Part shown: in pieces, positions 56,044-64,000 of the stretch
How the letters are laid out: every line of letters starts with the position of its first letter
Numbering within the stretch: position 1 is the first letter of the stretch
NCBI GenBank assembly: GCA_012295275.1
Contig: CM022670.1
Coordinates: 22,382,001-22,446,000 of the forward strand
Source of the DNA: Chrysomallon squamiferum
Taxonomy: Eukaryota; Animalia; Mollusca
DNA: 64,000 bases
Direction of reading: 5' to 3'
Notes under the pieces: generated by a model
The model's database searches: none
Seen by the model: the letters and a program-made list of their open reading frames with translations, nothing else
What the model was told of the DNA's origin: nothing
Program-made: the position numbers and the translations under genes

Positions 56044-58665
56044 AGGAATATTGCTAGCATGAAAAACAACTTACATGGTGAAAAATATGAAACAGAACAC
56101 ACATACAAAGAGTGTACCAGAATTTATTTCACTATCTCATTACATACAAACATAGAATATAGTAATATAATTTTTATTTCTTGTTGTGTTTAATATATTT
56201 GTATATATGGTTATATTTTGTTACACTGGTGTAGTAAACAATAGTTAATTACTGTATGTCATGTTAATTATGTATAAAGTGAATGGCTACTATTTCAGTT
56301 GTGCAAATAGTTTCTACATTTTGTTGCTATGTGTTTATTTGGCCACCGTTTCTGATCTGTATTAAACCAAAATATATTTAAGAACTGTAAAGTGGAGTTA
56401 AACAGATGTCGGTTTTAATTTTTCTTTACATCGTGCAATACCAGACTATTTTCATTTTAATTAAAAATATACATATATATGTATATATCTATCTTTATTA
56501 TTAATTGGTGCCTTCATGTTAAAAGGTATCTTTTAAATTTGAGGACTGGAAAAAATGTAAAAGCTGTTTGTGTTAAAATATTTAGTCACAGACCAACAGA
56601 TTATAAATTATTTTTATAGGTATACTTAATATTACCTGACTGATGTTGATATTATTTGTGGTTTGCTTGTCCTGGTGTTGTCTATGTTTATATAAGTATG
56701 TGTTACCAAATACATCATACATAACTGTGTATTGTATCTATACAGTACTTACAATATCACTGTACAGTAAATAAAATGAAATGTATTTGTACAAAAAATG
56801 TTTCTCAGATATACCTTTTTTATCACTAATTGATGGGGTTTTTTTTCAAAGATCTGAATTAATATTTTCACCCTGGCTATTATGTCATCCACATTTGCCA
56901 AGTGTTTAAACATTCCCGAGTATTGCTAAAGTATTTAATTACAATTAGTTTTCCCTTTTATTATTATTTTTTTAAAACTATGCTAAATCAAATATTTGTA
57001 CTGATTTCAAATTAAATCATTTGGGCACCACTCTGTTTGACATTTAGCTTTATTTTTTTTTTTTTTCAACATTTACAGGATAGTTCATGTTTTATTTCTT
57101 CTTGGAGCCAAAGTGGTAGGTAAATGATTTTCATAAAAAGTGTGGAAGATCAGAATTTAAAGAACACTGATCACTTTTTTCTTACGGAAGAAATGTGAAA
57201 ATTTTACATAGCCTAACAGATATTTGAAATTTAAAAATACCCAAATTTTGGTGGTATGAAGGAATTAAAATATATCTGAAATTCACAATACTTTGATGCC
57301 AAATTTGTGTTTTAATTTTTATAAGTTGTCAGTTTGATACCATCTCAAAAAGACAGAAATGTAATATTATTCAAGCATTCCTAATGTCATCAGTCTGAAA
57401 ATGCTCATGTATGCATGCCACTTTATTTCACACACAAAATATCATTCCCACAAAAGTGCTTTAGCTTTGTGTTATTTAATTCGATACTTCCTTGTTTTCT
57501 TTTTAATATACAAAACCCCCAAAATGATTATTTGGAACATTTATTATTTGATATTAATGTGTAGAACAGATTTTCTTATATTTGAAACATTTTTTCATTC
57601 ACACCGAAAATCTGTAGGTTCCTGACAATAAAACTGTTATGCATGCAGCTTAATAGAAAATTGTATATAATAAATAAAAAAAAAACATACCTTAAATTTA
57701 TTGAATGCTATAATATATATCTTTTTATTTGATTTGTTTGTTTTCTGTTTGTTATCGTTTTCTTTAGTTAATTAATTTAATTTAAAAAAAATTTATTTAA
57801 ACGTATGTGATAACCTTTAGATCTTTAAAAAATGTACAGTAATGGATGTTTTTTTAAAATAAAACTGGTAGCTCTTGCTGTCTAGAAACTGGATTTGACT
57901 GTTTCTCAGTTACAAATCATGAAAGTTTTGTTGGTCAGTTGTTTCATATTTAAAACATGATTCATTATCTAAATGGGTTTACACTGATCATCTTGCCCAT
58001 CAACGCCCGAGTGGTATACTAGCATTCATTAAAAAAAAAATCCTGAGATAACAGTTTTAGGCAGAGTATATTCTCGTGAAAGAAAGGTACCTGTGGGGAA
58101 AATCCAGTTTATTATAAATTAATTTTTAAGTTATTCCAAAATTAGACACTAATTAATTACTGTTTTATTTAATACTAATAGCAATAGGTTTTAATTAATA
58201 CTGTGATCTAAATATCATTTTTTTATGGTTTTGCACATGAATTTTTGAGCTGATATATAAATTTTGGTGTTTGGTTTCAGTTTCATTTCTTCTGAAGCAG
58301 TCATTCAAGCCAGAGACCATGAACTGTATGAAACTGGCATAGAACAGTCTCAAGTAGTTAACTGAGTATTCATGGAAGCCGACATTTCCTTTGTTGTATA
58401 TTATTTACATAACCTCAGACACTGATATAAATAAATACATATAAAAGAAAACTTGGAGGACAATTCTATAACTACCCTCGATATTTTCTATTCATCGTTG
58501 GCACAGTTGTACTACATCAAAGTTCTGTTTACAATTGTCATTGACATATTGGCTTTTAAGTTATTGTTTCCTTTTAAAACGTAATTACAAAACAACCTGT
58601 TTGGTATAAGAAGAATTAAAAGGTACTTTGGAAAGAACTAAACACAATATAAAGTATTCATTTTA

Positions 58666-58916
58666 GTGAGCTGGGTGGTCAGCTGAGGTGATTTGCTGTA
58701 GGATCCTTAGTGCTCATATTGGCTGTTTTTTGGTGCAGTTAATGCCACAGTAATGGTTTAACAGCTGCAGTATGTCTATATAAAGGATCACTGAAAGCCA
58801 GTCAGAAAATAATAGTATTTGCATGGTGACGTAATAGTTATCCTCATGCAAGAAGATGTATAACTGTAAATTTAAAGGGTATTATCTGTGTCATGAAAAC
58901 AAACATTCTTCCTTCT
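58666..58916 (+). mobile_element. Degenerate SINE-like element
   Basis: GC-richer island in AT-rich intergenic DNA ending in GTGTCATGAAAACAAACATTCTTCCTTC. Similar tails occur at ~3418-3452 (GTGTTTAGTGTGTCCTTACATAAAACATTTCTT) and ~45172-45198 (TGTGCTGGTGTGTCATAAAACAAATAA), suggesting a dispersed family. Resemblance to gastropod SINE tails is from recollection, not a search. Confidence 0.4.
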
Positions 58917-60582
58917 CAGTGAAGAACTGTCTGCCTGGGAAAAAAATTGGCATTACATTTATTTCCAGTTACACCAGAATGTAGATACAAAACTTCAGTT
59001 TGCTGTTTAAAATATCATTGGCTCAGATTATGAACCACTTATTCTTTTAAAGCAAATTGCTAATTATTGAATTAATATAAATTACCAAGTTCATTGATCT
59101 TTTGAAATTATTTAGTTGCATTAATTTTGTTAAAGCTAATAATTTTAAGGTTAGTCTGCACTAGCACCTAATTTAACCTAATTTTGTTTCTTCTCTGAAA
59201 GCTCAGACAGAGGCTCTGATTCTGATAATGAATCACAATTTAATTATTTGACAAATATCGGCTCTAACAATTTTATTTTTGTCATTTTTTAATGGCCAAA
59301 CCATTTGTAATTGAAAATTTTAATTATACATTTTTACTTATATATTTTTCATTCTACCTGGAAAATATTTTTAGGAACTTGAGGTGAATTATAGGTAAAT
59401 GTTTTTCATTTTATAAATATTGTTTTAGTAAATTTATTTGTGTATAATTACCACTTACAAACACACACACACACAAACAAATAAAAAAATAATAATAATA
59501 AAAAAATTAAATAATAATAAAAATAATTTAAAAAAAAAAATTATGATATTTATTTTATGATTTAAAAAAATAATTTTTTTAGGATTACTCTATTACAATG
59601 TTTTTGATTAAATTATTTAGATTGTTGAACAATTAATAATGTTTACATTTTTATTTGCTAATATTAATATTCTGTTCGAAATAAACTTCAGTTCAAAATC
59701 ACTAATTTGGTCAGTTTACTGACAACGTCTGTTATGAAGTTAACTTTTAGTTGTTTTATTATTACAATTATATATTTATTATTACTATTATTTAAATAAT
59801 TTGTTTGATCTTTTCGTTTTTTTTTTTTTTTTTTTTGTATTATATTTTATTTATTTTTTTTATTTAATATTATTTTTATTTATTTTCCTATCTTCATTCT
59901 TCAAAATGTAATGTATATATGTTATTTTGTTATGTAAATATTTATTCTGTGATATAGCCAAGTATTAACTAGGCAAAGTTTCCATTAAAAAAATAACAAA
60001 TAAATAAATGTTTCTGTATATTAATAAACAAAAGTTCAAATGTATACTGCATGTCATTAATTTTATCATCTGTAGAAAACTTGTTTGAGAAATAAAATCT
60101 ATTCATTTATGTTTTTGTGATTTTATTTTTTAAATTTCATCACATAGGTCTACATATATGCACATACACTGACACAAACACACTACAAATGCACACATAC
60201 ACACACAAAATAAAAATATGTAATTCAGTAATAATTCACATGAACATGCAGTGAATTAGAATACAGTTATCATATAGATCACTGGATACTAAGAAAGCAT
60301 ATACTATCAAAATATATACATTTCAGTCTGTCCACAGCACATAACATCTAAACTATTAAAAAATAAAAAATAAATGTATTTATACATTTAGTAATTTATT
60401 ATTTTTAAATGAGCATTTCATATTACAATTAAAAATATGACATGGCAATGAGATAAATGGTTTCGGTAGTGATATTATAGAAAACAAATATGAACTTTAA
60501 ATCCTCTGCAAAATTTGTTGAACTTTAACCCTGCTACACTGCCTTTTAGATACTATGCATTATTATTTTTGTTTATAAATTT

Positions 60583-60617
<35 letters not shown>

Positions 60618-61010
60618 TATTGTTATTATTATAAAGCTAGGCCAATTTAATTGAAATTATTTTAAACATCAGTTATGGAAATAAATTTATTGCTAAAAAA
60701 TAGTTTAATTGTTTGATTTCCATAGATATACATCAAAGACATTTCAGCACGTTTATTTTTAAATAATTATGCATGCGAGATCAAGGGCGTTATAAATAGT
60801 CTTTACATAAAAAGTGAATCTGACTTAGGAAAATATTCAATTTCCTCATGCTATTTTTTACATTATCTTTTGAAGTCTGTATTTTATTATATTTTGTCTA
60901 TTTTATTATTATTAAAGAATTTTTATTCACTTATAAATTAATTTAATTATTTACAAAATAAATAAAGGATAACATATTTTACGGAAAAACACGAATACTA
61001 GTCGGAAATT

Positions 61011-61027
61011 ATCGCGGGAATTTCAAT
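61011..61027 (+). promoter_or_regulatory. E2F site with adjacent CHR-like element upstream of geminin
   Basis: CGCGGGAATTTCAAT (reverse complement ATTGAAATTCCCGCG) lies immediately 5' of the ATG in a small CpG-containing patch. Geminin is an established E2F target in other animals. Confidence 0.6.
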
Positions 61028-61028
61028 C

Positions 61029-63774
61029 ATGAACATGGCTGCTGTGCGAAAGGAAGTGTCCTCGTCTAAAGAAAACCAAGCAAGAGGAAAAGTAATAATG
61101 GTGATGTAACATTATTAAAACTAAAACATATTTTGAAACTCCTTTCAGTCACTGATAGTGATACATTAATTACTGTTATTCAACTTACTGTCCTTTCATG
61201 GCCTGGGCTAAAGCTTTAACATTTTGCTCCAAAACTGCTCCAGTCAGTCATTCAGTAAACTCGTAGTAGAATTTTTCGTTTTTATCTTTGGAAAAACTGA
61301 AGATGGGCTTAAACTTTTGTTGCTTTGAAATTAAGTTTTGGCAAAGTTACCTGCTTATTCAGTTGTGTAATTGTATAAAAATAAAACTTGTGATTTACAC
61401 AAAACCATGTTAAAGATCTAGTTCATAAAGAAGAAGAGAGAGAGAGAAAAATATAAAACTAAAAAAACCCAGCGAATAAATGCTTCATTTTTATAAATGA
61501 TTATACAATATCAGCCTGGTCTTTCTTCATAAATACCATACATATATTTATTTTTTCTCCCCTTTTTTAACTACAAAAGATAATTATGATGATACATTGA
61601 TAGTAGGTATGTCACTATGATAGGGTTAATAAAAGAAGGAAGTCAGATCCTAGTGTTATAATACTTATTTTAATATTACAGAATTATTTGCAGATCAAAT
61701 GGTTATCTAATCTTGTTAACTTTTTAAAATGATCATTTAATTTGTCTTTCAGGAAAAAGAATCAAGAAAGTCTTTACAGTCGTTACAGGTGTCGGCCAAA
61801 GGAGAAACACTAGTAGGCAAAGGAAGAATCCAGATTCAGGTAGTTAGCAACATTAATATATGTTATATTCACATTTACATTGATAAGTGTTTTTCTTAAG
61901 CTTCTTACAGAAAGTCTAGCATTTTAATTCCAATGAAATCAAAAGAAGAGCTAGTGTTTGCCTGTTAAGTATGTAACAATAACTTTGTAGTGGAAATACT
62001 AAATTTTATTTTTTCATTTATCAAATTATGTGTTTTGATTATTTAGTAATAGTATACCAACAAAACATTTTAACAAGCAAACCTTGAATACAACATTATT
62101 CCACTGCACATTTGAATTTAGATTTGTTTTCATTACAGAAAGGCAAGAACAAACAGATAAAGTCATCACAAAACCCAGTTATAGTTTTTTCTGATTCTGA
62201 GATTTCGACAAAAGCAGATCATGTTGCTAAAAAAAGGACAAGATCTTTAGATTTTTCAATATTAAAAGAAAGATCAACCCAGACTGATGAAATTTTGGAG
62301 GATGTTTTTATCAAATCAGAAGCTGACAGGGAAGCTTTAGAGTTGATGGGTGGAGGTACACTTCATTTATAGATTTAAGTGATGTTATCTAGAGTAAAAA
62401 TACATTTTATTTAATAAATTCATTTTTCGTAAAATTAATTTTGTTATTATTTTCACACAATATGTTACCATTAAACCAAGTTTATAAACATGATCAGTGT
62501 TAGGATTAATTATATGTTCAGTTTCTTGTCTGACCACTTCACACCTGTTGATTTTACTCTGTATATTAAGAATTAAATTTGTCATTAAACAACTAATTCT
62601 GTTGTGTTGTCAGAACAAGCTTCAGAGACATACTGGAAGATACTGGCAGAGGAACGAAGAAAAGCTCTCAATGATACACTGGAGGAAAATGAAGAGGTCC
62701 TAATTCAGATTTATTTATATGCTTCATTTTCAAATTATTCTCTATTTGAACATTCAGAAAAGATAAAGAAACATGTTTTTTCTTCTTCTTTTTTTTTCTT
62801 TTAATAGCTGTGTCAGTAAATGTCAGTAATATTTTGGAAATAACCTGTTCATGTTCCCATTTTGAATGGCTCTTTTATCATATTCTTACAGCTCTATAAG
62901 GAAATAGAAAGCCTACGAGAAGAAAATCTCAATCTCACTGGACTGGCTGAGAAAGCTAGTTATCTGTCCAACATTTTACAGGTAAGATGAAAGTTCTTGA
63001 ACTAGTCATTGTTAGATTGCAGTTGTTGTCTTTGTTCCCTTGTATAAAAATGTTTTTCTAGCAGTCAGAACTTGCATTTTAACTTGCATGAAAAAGATAC
63101 TGACAGTCTCAAGATTTTGAAGCTATTTTTGTGGTCTCTTGTCTGAGTTCATGTGCCATATGTGGTTATCATTCCAGGTTCAATCTTTACAAAGATACAC
63201 TACTTATAAAGTGGTGATTGTCAGAAACTGTTTGATACAAGACTAGTTAGTATTAGTATATTTGGCATTCAGATATTTATTATAATACATCATGTTCATG
63301 TTTGTATAGGAGATTCTCACTGATGATGATGATGATGATGATGATGACAGTGTTGAAAAGAATGCAGTAAAAGACAATGAAACAAAACTGAAACAACAGA
63401 AAACTGTCAGTTTGGACAACAATGATGAAAATAGTTCTTTAAACACCAGCAAAATGTTTTTGTCAGAAAATCTTGTAACAAGTTCACCAGTACATACAAT
63501 TCTTCACAAGAAAATAAACTCAACATCATTTCAAGACTGTTCACCAAAAATATCTACAACTGTACAGAATGATGGTGATGTTCATGCAGATGATCAGTGT
63601 GATAATAAAACAGTAGTCTGCTCAGAAAATGATGACTGGATTAATGTGGAATTAGAAAATGACATGGTCACTTCTACTGAACTTGTAATATCAGAGAAAC
63701 TTGCTGAGAAAAACAGTGAGAAAACAAAAATTGATACAAAAAAATACAGAAAAATAGACAAAAAAGTTCTTTAA
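61029..63774 (+). CDS. GMNN: Geminin (DNA replication licensing inhibitor), 6 exons, ~334-337 aa
   Basis: Exons 61029-61091 (or -61100; both donors phase 0), 61753-61839, 62139-62355, 62614-62696, 62892-62981, 63310-63774 join in frame. Geminin coiled coil YWKILAEERRKALNDTLEENEELYKEIESLREENLNLTGLAEKASYLSNIL; N-terminal KEN motif and D-box-like RKSLQSLQVSA..TLVG. Confidence 0.88.
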
Positions 63775-64000
63775 ATTGTGTTGTTAATCTGCCTGTAATT
63801 TTTTTTTTTTTTCTGCTGGTTGGTTTAATATACTTAAATAATGTGTCAGATTAAAACCAAGAAAAAAATAACATTTGGTTTGGTATGGTAATTACTAATA
63901 ATGTTGCTTAACAAATTTGGTAATTGATTATGTTTTCATTTATTTGTGAAGAAGAAAATACTTTTGTCAAGATAGATAATTCTAAGTGAACTGTTGTTTT

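Noticed and set aside
62697-62704. Geminin donor GTCCTAAT as a U12-type intron; ATATCCTT at 14061
   Set aside because: GTCCTAAT does not match GTATCCTT and is just a weak U2 donor. The 14061 motif is not at any exon boundary. No minor-spliceosome intron is supported.

Overview
AT-rich, microsatellite-laden eukaryotic (invertebrate animal) DNA. A mollusc, probably a gastropod, is inferred from protein divergence and SINE-like tails but is not proven. Four spliced genes were reconstructed by hand from GT-AG boundaries and reading-frame continuity. (1) A PAP2-family phospholipid phosphatase (PLPP/wunen-like; +, 8938-21199, 6 coding exons). (2) COP9 signalosome subunit 5 (COPS5; -, 31495-25689, 8 exons, 339 aa). 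(3) A BIG1/BIG2-type Sec7 Arf-GEF (ARFGEF; +, 33145-56043, ~40 exons, ~1774 aa), head-to-head with COPS5 and carrying a +1 frameshift in exon 49588-49749. (4) Geminin (+, 61029-63774, 6 exons) with a long acidic tail. Mobile DNA: an internally deleted Tigger/pogo element with TIRs and TA target duplication (12084-12806), a decayed DDE transposase in COPS5 intron 4, and weaker hAT/SINE-like relics. The most unusual structure concerns splicing. Two different genes have tandem arrays of five repeated 3' splice acceptors just before an exon. ARFGEF also has a 9-nt microexon or alternative last exon that re-encodes GFK(G) with synonymous codons, a candidate RBFOX-regulated cassette exon next to an AG|GTATGT site, and stacked uORFs. 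No RNA genes or CRISPR arrays are supported. All exon models are manual and lack transcript support.
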